Source: an uncultured virus (IMG/VR IMGVR_UViG_3300047357_001465) (Duplodnaviria > Heunggongvirae > Uroviricota > Caudoviricetes). Taken from it: DNA of 59,024 nt. Shown here piece by piece: positions 1 through 8,746 of this stretch. Position 1 is the first letter of the stretch. Every line of letters starts with the position of its first letter. The stretch is from IMG/VR virus record IMGVR_UViG_3300047357_001465; one strand, given 5' to 3'. The notes under the pieces are model-generated. The model worked only from the letters and a program-made list of their open reading frames with translations, was not told the DNA's origin and ran no database searches. The position numbers were made by a program, and so were the translations under genes.

Positions 1-121
1 TGAAGATTTCGATCTTCTCTTTGATCTTCTCTTTCACATCGGAGAGAAATGCTTGCCTCTCAAGTTGAGCGATCCTATTTTCAAGAACGGCGATTTTCTG
101 TGATGCTGTTAGTTGTCTCAT
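1..121 (-). CDS. 5' part of a gene running off the window; begins with shared leader MRQLTASQKIAVLENRIAQLERQA
   Basis: Manual translation from ATG at 121 (AAGGG RBS upstream); leader aligns with MRKTARETLQELDLRIASLEKEA of 4382..4636. Confidence 0.7.
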   Translation of the reverse strand, partial: MRQLTASQKIAVLENRIAQLERQAFLSDVKEKIKEKIEIF

Positions 122-172
122 GCTGTTACCCTTTCTTAGGTTCACATGAGAGGGGGGGGTATAAAAGAACGA

Positions 173-715
173 TTACATTTCTTCGATCTCTTGCCTGAAG
201 TCATCAGCCCAGTCTTCAATGTCCTTTCCAAAGGTCTTTAAGAGACGGCGGCCGTCAGGAGATGAAGAGAAGAGTTTCCAGCCCAGATTACTTTTAATGC
301 GACCTGCGTCCAAGTAAGCTTTAAGTTTTTTAACGTCAAGCTTGTCTCCTTGCTTTCGCAGAGAGATCAAGATAACGGGGTTCTTTGGGGTCTCTGGGAT
401 TTTCCTGAAGATTATGGAGAGACAGAATTTATTGTGTCTGAAGTCTACCACATAATCAAAGATCTCTACCCTAGACCCTTTTCTGCGACCTGCGAAGTTA
501 GAGAACACAGAGTAATACTTCATCAAATGGGTAGAAAACGTGTCTCCTACCTGATCTGTAGGGTCATCAAAAGTCTCTTCGAAATCTCTTTCGTAAGGTT
601 CCGCTTGTTCGTCAAGCCAATCTTGGAATCCTTCTTCGATACTTGTTATAAGAGTCTCAGATATGCTGTCCGCAACTCGCTTCGATTTGCCGAACAAGTT
701 TCTTATGTACTTCAT
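173..715 (-). CDS. hypothetical protein (180 aa)
   Basis: ORF with AAAGG upstream; no recognisable domain. Confidence 0.6.
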   Translation of the reverse strand: MKYIRNLFGKSKRVADSISETLITSIEEGFQDWLDEQAEPYERDFEETFDDPTDQVGDTFSTHLMKYYSVFSNFAGRRKGSRVEIFDYVVDFRHNKFCLSIIFRKIPETPKNPVILISLRKQGDKLDVKKLKAYLDAGRIKSNLGWKLFSSSPDGRRLLKTFGKDIEDWADDFRQEIEEM

Positions 716-774
716 AGGTGGTTGCCTTTCATCGTTGGTATGAATTAATATTAACTAACTATAAGGAGTCTAAT

Positions 775-1344
775 GTGAGAGTTGTTGTTGAGGGGTTGAT
801 TGGTGTAGGTAAGTCCACGTTTACAACAGAAGCGAGTAGGATTCTCCAGCTTCAAGCTCAATATGAGTCTGTGGATGATAATCCTTTCTTAAGCAAGTTC
901 TATGAAGACACCCACAGATGGGGCTACACTCTTCAGATGCACTTCTTATATGACAGACTAGATAAGCACATGACTAAGGACATGATATTAGACAGATCTA
1001 TCTGGGGAGATCTCTGTTTCGCCAATATCCTGTTTCAAGATGGAATACTTACCGAAGATGAGCATCAATCCTATATCAAGCATTTTCAGATCGCTCAGGC
1101 GTTTGTGCCTCATGTAGATTATTGCATACATCTTCATATTGAAGTTGAAGAAGCACAAAAAAGAATAGCCAAGAGGGGTCGTGACTTTGAGTCTGGGATC
1201 ACTGCTGACTATTTACATAAGTTACAGGATCAACTCGATCAGTTACCCTCTTGGCTACCCAAGAGTACTCAATATATTAGAGTTGATTGGGAAGATATGA
1301 CTCTCCCTGAGATGAGGAAGAAGATTGAATCAATCCCTATTTGA
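775..1344 (+). CDS. deoxynucleoside kinase (dNK family)
   Basis: VEGLIGVGKST P-loop, ILDRS motif, RIAKRGRDFE lid; GTG at 775 follows AAGGAG (ORF track start 718 is probably too long). Confidence 0.9.
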   Translation: MRVVVEGLIGVGKSTFTTEASRILQLQAQYESVDDNPFLSKFYEDTHRWGYTLQMHFLYDRLDKHMTKDMILDRSIWGDLCFANILFQDGILTEDEHQSYIKHFQIAQAFVPHVDYCIHLHIEVEEAQKRIAKRGRDFESGITADYLHKLQDQLDQLPSWLPKSTQYIRVDWEDMTLPEMRKKIESIPI

Positions 1345-1861
1345 AAGTAAGGATACTTACGCCATCTTCACGATGGGTAGAGGGTCTTGAACTTTCCCAT
1401 AGCTTCGGGTTACGAATGTCCAAGAAAGAAGCTCCGTTTCGAGAAAGTTCCGCTGAAGTGTCAGGCAGAGCATTAAGCCTTTTTTGAAGCTGTGCAGGCT
1501 CGTTAGACCACCCTCCGATTACCTTCAAGGTAACTCCATCACGACTCGGCTTCACAATGGTTTTCACGCTAGATGGGTAGGTGCCTTCTACTAGACTCGC
1601 CACGACAAGGGCAGACCAAAAAGCGTTTGTATTCTTGTCGTTAACGGTGTGTACGAAAGAACTCGATCCGTCATCTTCTTTGATGACGATTAATTTTGAG
1701 GGGTTGACTGTCAACAAGACGTAGTGATCTCCTGCAAAAACAATGTCCTCCTGCCACTCGATCTCGCCGTCCCAACCGTACTTTTCGTGAAGTTGATCTT
1801 CTACCCTTGGGTCTAGTTCCCCATGTTCTGTGTATCTCGTTCTTTTTGCTGTATTTTTCAT
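1337..1861 (-). CDS. hypothetical protein
   Basis: Likely start MKNTAKR at 1861 after AAGGG, just downstream of the upstream gene's stop. Confidence 0.55.
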   Translation of the reverse strand: MKNTAKRTRYTEHGELDPRVEDQLHEKYGWDGEIEWQEDIVFAGDHYVLLTVNPSKLIVIKEDDGSSSFVHTVNDKNTNAFWSALVVASLVEGTYPSSVKTIVKPSRDGVTLKVIGGWSNEPAQLQKRLNALPDTSAELSRNGASFLDIRNPKLWESSRPSTHREDGVSILTFK

Positions 1862-1868
1862 ATTTCCC

Positions 1869-2585
1869 TTAGTTGGGTGCCGACCCGAAGAACAGGTAGC
1901 CTTTGACTTTCCCAACCTTAACTTGATTGCGAACACCTTTTACAGTGTATGTAGGCAACTTCGACGATTCCTGATAAGAGATCGACCCAAATTCTTGTAC
2001 TTTTTTGATATTATACTCTTTCCCTGGCACAGTGTTTCGGCTGTTGGGGTTAGAGAGGTAGACACTGAGAGCCTCCGTCGCTTCCTTCAACGTGGGGTAC
2101 TTTTCGCCGTTAGGGAAAGTGTAGTAAAAAGAACCTTTTGACTTTGTGCGAGTTAGATTCCTCTTACCTGCTTCAGCAGTTTTATTAATCGAGTTAATCT
2201 TGACCTCGACGGTCGTACCTTGCCTCTTTCGCCCGCCCCTCATCTTCGCAAGTATGAGATCTGTGGCTTCGCCTCTATCTCTTGCTTTTACTGTGACTTC
2301 AAACTCCTTTGAAGCCACAACCTTCTCTTCGCCGTAGGCAATTGCCCCTGCGTAATCCCATTTGCCATATTTATACGGCGGTCGGCTCATCGCTTCATTA
2401 GCCATGTTGTGAGCTTGTCTTTGTGTGACGACTTCTTTGGTATGCATTACGAAGCCATCTTTTAGGCCGATGTGACCTCCATAGGGACTATTGCCATAGT
2501 AACTTTTTGCGTCCCTTACTAGCTCCTTGAAGACCACACTCGCGTTTGACCCTCGACCCTCATCTACGAAATCTGTTGATCCCAT
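1869..2585 (-). CDS. hypothetical basic phage protein
   Basis: Start MGSTDF at 2585 after AGGAG; YYGNSPYGGHIG and C-terminal YLFFG motifs. Confidence 0.6.
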   Translation of the reverse strand: MGSTDFVDEGRGSNASVVFKELVRDAKSYYGNSPYGGHIGLKDGFVMHTKEVVTQRQAHNMANEAMSRPPYKYGKWDYAGAIAYGEEKVVASKEFEVTVKARDRGEATDLILAKMRGGRKRQGTTVEVKINSINKTAEAGKRNLTRTKSKGSFYYTFPNGEKYPTLKEATEALSVYLSNPNSRNTVPGKEYNIKKVQEFGSISYQESSKLPTYTVKGVRNQVKVGKVKGYLFFGSAPN

Positions 2586-2652
2586 GTTCTCCTCTTTTCT
2601 GGTATTGATTTTATAGGTATTACCTATTATCAAAAAACTACAAGGGGACGAG

Positions 2653-4254
2653 TTAAATAAGGGAGACTTGACCTTTGAACTTGTTGTTTTCAGAGGCGTA
2701 AATAGCACAGCTCTTAGGGTCTACCTGTTCCCTCAAGTTAGCGGGGGAGGTTCGACCCTTGCGGATTGTAGTTGCTTGTCTTCTTAGTGCCTCTTCTGAC
2801 CTCAGGGGCAAGCTGTCCATTGTATTTGGAGTTGCCCATATAGAGTCCTCTATATCTACGCCTCTCTCCTCAGCTTCAGCTTGTACTTGAAGCGGAGGTC
2901 TGAAGGTCTCTTTGCCTTGCTCTATTAGGCTCTTTTGTCTCTTAAGGTGGGCTTCTAAAGTCACCCCATTTTGCAGGGCTCGCGGAGTTGCCCATATAGA
3001 GTCCCCTATATCGACACCTCTCTCTTCAGCTTCGGCTTGTACTTGAAGAGTAGGTGCAAAGGTCTCCTTGCCCTGCTCTAAGCGACTTCTCATTCTTGAT
3101 ATGTAGTGCCGTAGGTTCTCACCCCTCTGTGAAGCTGGGGGAGTTGACCAATTCTGCCCACAGGTCGGTGAATGCTCTTCTTGCAGTATCTGGGACAACT
3201 CCATTTCCAAGCATTCTGAGCTCGTCCGTTCTATTGTCAAAGGACTCGTACAGCTTGGCTGCACCCATCCTATCGGAAGCCCCATCAACGTCTCTACCCA
3301 TCTCGGATTCAACTTCATTACGGCTGGATGTGAACCCTTCGCTTTTCTTCGAACCGTCTTCGTCAGAGTTATCTCTTTGTGATGTATTTCCTGCGTTGTT
3401 GGAGTTGGCCAATTCTTTTCTTGCATTGTCGCTTGGATCTGCACCCCTAATGTCACCTGTTTGAGTACCCCGTTCTTCCGATAGGCTCTCCCCTCCCCTT
3501 TCCATGTTTCCCCCGCCTTCGTATATACTTCCTCCACCCCTACTTCTGTCGTAGCTGGGCTTCTCCATAGTGACTCTTGGAGGCTCCCATGAGTATTGCT
3601 CTCTTCCTCTTGAGGAGGGGTATACAGAGCCACTTGTGTCTCGGTTTCGTTCAATGAGCTCATTGACCCATTCCAAGCTTTCTCTTTCGGTACCTCTTTT
3701 AATACCAAGTATGAAGACTCGTTTCCTCCTATGTGGAGCACCGACTTCTCTCGCTGAGAATACCCCTGCCGTCGCCTCATAACCCACCCTTTCCAATTCT
3801 CGAAGCACATGGAGCAGAACCGATGCCCCTTTTGGGTCTGACCATCCTTCAGAGCTGAGTTTTGCGGAGAGGATTCCTTCGACATTTTCAAGGAAAACAA
3901 CGGAAGGTTGGCAAACTTTGACTCCTCTGAGGATGTGTGGGAAGAGGTGTCTAGGGTCGGAGTCTGCTTGTCTTCGTCCTGCGGCAGAAAAGGGCTGACA
4001 AGGGAAGCCTCCTGAGATGAGATCCACTCTTCCACGGAAGATTTCCCAATCGAGGGTTTTAAGATTCGTCCATACAGGTGCTGCCTCAATAAGCCCTTTT
4101 TCCATCTTCGAGACCAAGTTGCAGACTGCGAAGGCTTCGATCTCCACAAAAGTGACTGTTCTGATAGATCCGAGAGTTCTTTTGAGTCCAAGATCAATCC
4201 CTCCGTAGCCTGCACAGAGGGAGAGATGTTTAAGTTCTTTGGTATCACCCACAT
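2653..4254 (-). CDS. overlapping-frame partner (beta-like subunit) of the C5 methyltransferase; carries motif IX-like segment and W-x-T/S-P repeats
   Basis: 533-codon ORF overlapping the MTase; KLNPRWVETLMGLPIGW at 3265..3315; five W-x-(T/S)-P units. Confidence 0.65.
   Translation of the reverse strand: MWVIPKNLNISPSVQATEGLILDSKELSDLSEQSLLWRSKPSQSATWSRRWKKGLLRQHLYGRILKPSIGKSSVEEWISSQEASLVSPFLPQDEDKQTPTLDTSSHTSSEESKFANLPLFSLKMSKESSPQNSALKDGQTQKGHRFCSMCFENWKGWVMRRRQGYSQREKSVLHIGGNESSYLVLKEVPKEKAWNGSMSSLNETETQVALYTPPQEEESNTHGSLQESLWRSPATTEVGVEEVYTKAGETWKGEGRAYRKNGVLKQVTLGVQIQATMQEKNWPTPTTQEIHHKEITLTKTVRRKAKGSHPAVMKLNPRWVETLMGLPIGWVQPSCTSPLTIERTSSECLEMELSQILQEEHSPTCGQNWSTPPASQRGENLRHYISRMRSRLEQGKETFAPTLQVQAEAEERGVDIGDSIWATPRALQNGVTLEAHLKRQKSLIEQGKETFRPPLQVQAEAEERGVDIEDSIWATPNTMDSLPLRSEEALRRQATTIRKGRTSPANLREQVDPKSCAIYASENNKFKGQVSLI
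2828..3080. repeat. imperfect direct repeat (~97 bp, period 156 nt) encoding ..LQVQAEAEERGVDIxDSIWATP
   Basis: 2828..2924 vs 2984..3080 visibly near-identical. Confidence 0.85.
3119..4252 (-). CDS. DNA cytosine-5 methyltransferase, catalytic chain
   Basis: Motif I LCAGYGG, IV GGFPCQPFS, VI LENV, VIII HRRKRVF, X LGNGVVP; no motif IX in this frame. Confidence 0.92.
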   Translation of the reverse strand: MGDTKELKHLSLCAGYGGIDLGLKRTLGSIRTVTFVEIEAFAVCNLVSKMEKGLIEAAPVWTNLKTLDWEIFRGRVDLISGGFPCQPFSAAGRRQADSDPRHLFPHILRGVKVCQPSVVFLENVEGILSAKLSSEGWSDPKGASVLLHVLRELERVGYEATAGVFSAREVGAPHRRKRVFILGIKRGTERESLEWVNELIERNRDTSGSVYPSSRGREQYSWEPPRVTMEKPSYDRSRGGGSIYEGGGNMERGGESLSEERGTQTGDIRGADPSDNARKELANSNNAGNTSQRDNSDEDGSKKSEGFTSSRNEVESEMGRDVDGASDRMGAAKLYESFDNRTDELRMLGNGVVPDTARRAFTDLWAELVNSPSFTEG

Positions 4255-4381
4255 TGTTTCTCCAATGGCGATTAGTGTATTTCTTTATACCATCTCAAAA
4301 GAATTCCAACACGACCTCCAACGCCTCGAACCTAGGAGTGGCCTTTTTAATTATTTGGATTAGCTTTTTTTATGTCCCATG

Positions 4382-4636
4382 CTATCTTCCGATTGCTATC
4401 GTGCTGCCGTCCTCATCACGGATGATCCTCGCTCGGACTCTTCTTGTGAGTAGGTCATGCCTGCTGAGTACCATCCCTGTGAGGTCAGCCCCCTTAAGGT
4501 TCGATCCTTTGAGGTCTCTTTCCCCTGCCCTTATCTTCTCCAGAGGAGACTCAAACAGACCAAAGAGAGCTTCCTTCTCAAGGGAAGCTATTCTTAAATC
4601 AAGTTCTTGCAGGGTCTCTCTCGCTGTCTTTCTCAT
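4382..4636 (-). CDS. short, possibly truncated pentapeptide-repeat protein with RIAxLE leader
   Basis: MRKTARETLQELDLRIASLEKEA, then about 4 pentapeptides (DLKGSNLKGADLTG); GAGGAG RBS. Confidence 0.7.
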   Translation of the reverse strand: MRKTARETLQELDLRIASLEKEALFGLFESPLEKIRAGERDLKGSNLKGADLTGMVLSRHDLLTRRVRARIIRDEDGSTIAIGR

Positions 4637-4680
4637 GGTTCTCTCCTCTTAGTAGTAGGGAGAGGGGTTAGATAAATAAA

Positions 4681-5754
4681 CTAACGAGAAAGGAGGTGGG
4701 TGAGGTCGGGTGGGAGACTATTGGCTAGATGGTAGTTTTTGGTTAAGAGGAGCTGCTCTAGGGTCAGATTTCTAGCCCCTTTGAGGTTCGCACCCTCAAG
4801 GTCAGCTCCTGTGAGCTTCGCGTCTCTGAGGTCAGCCTTTGTGAGGTCAGCCCCACGAAGGTCAGCCCGTCTGAGGTATACCCCTCTGAGGTCAGCCCCT
4901 ATGAACTTTGCCTCTCTGAGATCAGCCTCTATGAGGTTAGCACCTTCGAGGTCTGTTCCTTCGAGGTAAGCCCCTGTGAGATCAGCCCCCCTGAGCTTCG
5001 CCTTTATGAGGTCAGCCCGCTGGAGGTTCGCCCTACTGAGGTCAGCTCCCGTGAGGTTCGCACCCTCAAGGTCAGCACCACTGAGGTTAGCACCACTGAG
5101 GTTAGCACCCTCAAGGTCTTTTTCCCCAGATCGGGCTAAAGTCTCCCAGCTTGAAAACATCCTTTTTACACGATCAATGACCCCCGCTTCCCTCTCAAGG
5201 GAAGCGACTCTTAACTCAAGTTCTTGTAGGGTCTCTCTCTGGAGCTGGTTGAGCATCTTAGATGCGTCACTCCCTCTCTTAACAGGATTTTTAGGCTTCC
5301 TCTTTCCTCCGACCCTTTCAACAGAAAGGGTCTTCCCTTTCCAATCATAAGTGATCACTATCTTTCTTTTTCGAGGACCTGGAGACCCGATGATCTCAAT
5401 GTAATCAAAACGCTGAGTAACCATCTTTATATCGAGAGTATTTATTTGAAGTTTTAAGCTACGCAAAGCGTCATCAATACGATCATCTAAATCAGCCCAA
5501 TTCTCGTCTACCTCGCTCCTATCGGCAATGAAGATTGCGATGTCTTCTGTTGTAGCGTGTTGCGGAAGACCAACCTTGCTCGCTCTTTTTACCTCTTTTC
5601 GGGTTCTCTCCTCTACCGTCTCACCCTTGTGGGAGAATTGGTCAGAAATAGACAGAGGTATCCCTCCTGCATTCTTGAGATGAGTTCCTGTCAGATCTGC
5701 ATCTCCAAGTTTCGCACCTTCAAGTGCTCTTTTTACGTCATTTGGATTAGCCAT
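4681..5754 (-). CDS. chimeric pentapeptide-repeat protein
   Basis: A(D/N)LxG repeats in C-terminal half; N-terminus shared with 5805..6542; internal RVASLE leader. Confidence 0.9.
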   Translation of the reverse strand: MANPNDVKRALEGAKLGDADLTGTHLKNAGGIPLSISDQFSHKGETVEERTRKEVKRASKVGLPQHATTEDIAIFIADRSEVDENWADLDDRIDDALRSLKLQINTLDIKMVTQRFDYIEIIGSPGPRKRKIVITYDWKGKTLSVERVGGKRKPKNPVKRGSDASKMLNQLQRETLQELELRVASLEREAGVIDRVKRMFSSWETLARSGEKDLEGANLSGANLSGADLEGANLTGADLSRANLQRADLIKAKLRGADLTGAYLEGTDLEGANLIEADLREAKFIGADLRGVYLRRADLRGADLTKADLRDAKLTGADLEGANLKGARNLTLEQLLLTKNYHLANSLPPDLTHLLSR

Positions 5755-6598
5755 GATTATGCTCCTTGTTACTTGTGTTCACAAAGAGAGGCTCGATAGA
5801 GAAACTATCGGTTGAGATCCTTCTTCAAGGCTTTGATCTCTCTTTGAAGCTCTCTATTCATCCGAGAAGCTACGCGGATCTGAGAAGCTTTGCGACCTCC
5901 CTTTTCCTCTTTCTCTCTGCGGGCTTTTTCTTCGACCGTCTCTCCCTTGTGGGGGAATTTATCAGAGATAGACAGAGGTATGCCTTTCGCATCTGATAGA
6001 CCCGCACCTGATAGATCCGCACCTCTGAGTTTAGCTTTTCTGAGATCCGCCTCAATGAGATCCGCACCTAGGAGCTTCGCACCTCTGAGATCCGCTCTTA
6101 CTAGCTTCGCACCTGTTAGATCCGCACCTGTGAGTTTAGCATCCTTAAGATTCGCATCTGTGAGATTCCCACCGCCAAGTTTCGCACCTGCGAGTTTAGC
6201 ATTCCAGAGATACGCATTTCTGAGATCCGCATTTGTGAGATCCGCACCCTCAAGATTCGCGTCCTCAAGATTCGCACCCTTGAGATCCGCATCTATGAGA
6301 ACCGCTCCTATAAGTTTCGCACCAAAAAGATTCGCTCCTGTTAGATCCGCACCTGAGAGCTTCGCTCCTATAAGTTTCGCACCAAAAAGATTCGCTCCTG
6401 TTAGATCCGCACCTGAGAGCTTCGCACCGTCAAGATCCACACCTTCAAGATTCGCTTCAGTTAGATCCGCATTTCTGAGATCCGCACCTGATAGATTCCT
6501 ATCACCCGCAAGTGCTCTTTTTACGTCATTTTTATTAGCCATAATTATGCTCCTTGTTACTTGTGTTCACAAAGAGAGGCTCGATAGAGAAACTATCG
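5721..6598. repeat. 90-bp direct repeat (5721..5810 and 6509..6598) spanning upstream motif, RBS and first codons of two pentapeptide genes
   Basis: 3 mismatches; 5756..5810 identical to 6544..6598. Confidence 0.95.
5805..6542 (-). CDS. pentapeptide-repeat protein with ASQIRVAS tail
   Basis: Over 30 A(D/K/N)Lxx repeats; GIPLSISDKFPHKGETVEE cap; tail RKASQIRVASRMNRELQREIKALKKDL. Confidence 0.92.
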   Translation of the reverse strand: MANKNDVKRALAGDRNLSGADLRNADLTEANLEGVDLDGAKLSGADLTGANLFGAKLIGAKLSGADLTGANLFGAKLIGAVLIDADLKGANLEDANLEGADLTNADLRNAYLWNAKLAGAKLGGGNLTDANLKDAKLTGADLTGAKLVRADLRGAKLLGADLIEADLRKAKLRGADLSGAGLSDAKGIPLSISDKFPHKGETVEEKARREKEEKGGRKASQIRVASRMNRELQREIKALKKDLNR

Positions 6599-6689
6599 AG
6601 TCAGAGGGGCTTCGCACTCACAAGCTGATGCCGACTTTAAAGTAGTTATAGAAAGGTATATCTGAGAGATAAGTTATCTCAAACGCCCA

Positions 6690-7661
6690 TTATGCCGAGA
6701 TATTTGACCAATCCCATTCGCCAACTAAACCATCAGCCGAATATTGTGTAACCACCGACTCAAAGAAATTAGAGTGGTCATCGCCACTTACGACCCAATC
6801 AAGCCACTTGAGAGGGTTGGTCTTTTGACCAAAGATAGGCTTGAGTCCGAGTTGTAGAAGTCTACGGTCAGCAAGGTAACGAACATAGGTCTTAACCTCA
6901 TGTGAAGTGAGCCCCTCAAGTTGAACGCCTCCGAATATCAAGTCCACCAGAGCATCTTCGAGTTCTACAGCCTTTTCATAGTTGGTGTAGATATAACTCT
7001 TGAGTTTATCTGTCACTACTCGCGGGTGTTCTTTGCAATACTCTTGGAAGAGCTTCGTCATCCCCTCAACGTGGATGCTTTCGTCACGAATCGACCATTC
7101 AACGATCTCGCACATCCCCTTCATCTTCCCAAACCTTTGGAAGTTGAGAAGCATGACAAAAGCAGAGAATAGGCTCATGCCTTCGTTACATACAGATCTC
7201 GCTAGCTCGAATGCGAGATGTGTTGCTTTCCCTAGCCCCTCTGGGGCATTGGTCATAAACTCAATCTTCTCACGCATAGCCTCAAACTCAAGAAAAGCAG
7301 AGTATTCCTTCTCTGCAAGTCCGAGTGTATCATTGAGGAGAGCATATGCTCTCTGGTGTGTTCCTTCACGGTTGGCGAAGGAGAGCAGCATATTGCGGAT
7401 CTCATTGTTTCTGAATGAGCTGATGAAGAGGTCACAATAGTTTCCTCCGACAGCTACGTCAGACTGAGTGAATATACGGAGAATCTGCGTGATGAAGTCT
7501 TTCTCTTCAGCAGTGAGTTTCCCACCCTTCCATTGGTTTACGTCTTCTTGGAGCTTTGCCTCCCAACTCCCCCAATGGATCTTCTCATGTTGTTCTGTTG
7601 TGATCATAGCCCAAGGGTATTTGAAGGGCTTAAATGTAGTGCTGTATTCAGTAAGGCTCAT
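6690..7661 (-). CDS. nrdB: ribonucleotide reductase class I beta subunit
   Basis: FTQSD, EGTHQRAY, EGMSLFSAF, RDESIH di-iron/tyrosyl motifs; NFFE..Y C-terminus. Confidence 0.95.
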   Translation of the reverse strand: MSLTEYSTTFKPFKYPWAMITTEQHEKIHWGSWEAKLQEDVNQWKGGKLTAEEKDFITQILRIFTQSDVAVGGNYCDLFISSFRNNEIRNMLLSFANREGTHQRAYALLNDTLGLAEKEYSAFLEFEAMREKIEFMTNAPEGLGKATHLAFELARSVCNEGMSLFSAFVMLLNFQRFGKMKGMCEIVEWSIRDESIHVEGMTKLFQEYCKEHPRVVTDKLKSYIYTNYEKAVELEDALVDLIFGGVQLEGLTSHEVKTYVRYLADRRLLQLGLKPIFGQKTNPLKWLDWVVSGDDHSNFFESVVTQYSADGLVGEWDWSNISA

Positions 7662-7684
7662 TGTTACCTCTATCTGTTATTGAA

Positions 7685-7800
7685 GTCGCCCCAAACAAAA
7701 ATCGACACCTGCGTTTGATTTCACAGGTGTCGATTTTGAGCGACAGGATATCAAAGCTGTGTCTAGTATACAGCTTTCAATATAAGAACTATCGGGCGAC
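7685..7800 (-). promoter_or_regulatory. structured leader upstream of nrdB with terminator-like hairpin
   Basis: 14-bp perfect IR 7698..7711/7724..7737 followed by U-run on minus strand; second IR 7753..7760/7770..7777. Confidence 0.6.
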
Positions 7801-8456
7801 TAGGGAAGTTTCGGGTTGATCGTTCTAATCAGAGCCTCTAGCTTATCGTCGTTCTTCCAAGCAGAACGTGCTGAGATCTCATTCATGAAACCCGCTTCCA
7901 TGAGTTCGTTTGCATAGACTCGAACTCTCTGAGGAGTAGAGTTCCAGCTCCCTGCACCGCTCACACCTTCTGTATAGTCATAGCTGGGCATGGGTACAGA
8001 AAACTCCCACGGAAGTTCGAACATGTCATCTCCCTTAGGACTCTTCCATCCAATTACAGTCTTCACCTTGCGGTTTGAAGAGAAGGGGAGGATCGGTTCA
8101 TTAGCCAACAACTCATTGCTATACTTGGGCTTGATGCTTGGAGCAGTCGCAATCGTGATGTGAGGATACCGATTCGTCACATACGCGGAGAGCTTTGAAG
8201 GCACGTCAAGCAAGATCGCGAGAGCCTTGTCATCTAACACATAACCCTTGATCTTCAGCTCAATTGAAGACCCAATCAGACCCTCAAGAGGAAGCAAGTT
8301 ATTGGCGACGCTCTTCTTGTAGAATTCAATCGTCATGTGGTGAGCGTGTGTCGTCCAATCGCTTGGGACGGAGATACCTTGTCCTCCGAGCCACATGAGG
8401 AGGGCTTGTGGGTTGAGTACGACTGCTTGAGAGAAAAGTACTTTCGTCTTCTTCAT
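7800..8456 (-). CDS. 2H phosphoesterase family protein
   Basis: Two HxT motifs (HHMTI, PHITI) and downstream KPKYSNELL. Confidence 0.75.
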   Translation of the reverse strand: MKKTKVLFSQAVVLNPQALLMWLGGQGISVPSDWTTHAHHMTIEFYKKSVANNLLPLEGLIGSSIELKIKGYVLDDKALAILLDVPSKLSAYVTNRYPHITIATAPSIKPKYSNELLANEPILPFSSNRKVKTVIGWKSPKGDDMFELPWEFSVPMPSYDYTEGVSGAGSWNSTPQRVRVYANELMEAGFMNEISARSAWKNDDKLEALIRTINPKLP

Positions 8457-8746
8457 AACTTGCTCTTTCTTCTATAATATGACACGTCTAAGACTCGACA
8501 GATCTCCTTGAATAATTCTTCAAGTGACACATCGGCTTCAAAAAATAGGTCTTCCCCATCACCTACAAGGAAAGTGACCTTGTCTCTTCCCTCAACCATC
8601 TCTGCGTAGTAGGTCTTCTTGCAGTTGGCTTTTTTTATCTCGGCAAGAAGCTCGTCAAGAGTCCAATTGTGTTCTTTGCCCACTAAGCGATATGCGGGCA
8701 TACCGTGCTTGCGAGTATCGTAGACTACAATCTTCAATTTGACCAA
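8453..8746 (-). CDS. hypothetical protein
   Basis: Overlaps neighbours in a coupled operon. Confidence 0.6.
   Translation of the reverse strand: MVKLKIVVYDTRKHGMPAYRLVGKEHNWTLDELLAEIKKANCKKTYYAEMVEGRDKVTFLVGDGEDLFFEADVSLEELFKEICRVLDVSYYRRKSKL

Noticed and set aside
4739..6645. Plus-strand RSAP-repeat ORFs (also 58191..58802)
   Set aside because: Antisense shadows of pentapeptide codon repeats; no RBS support
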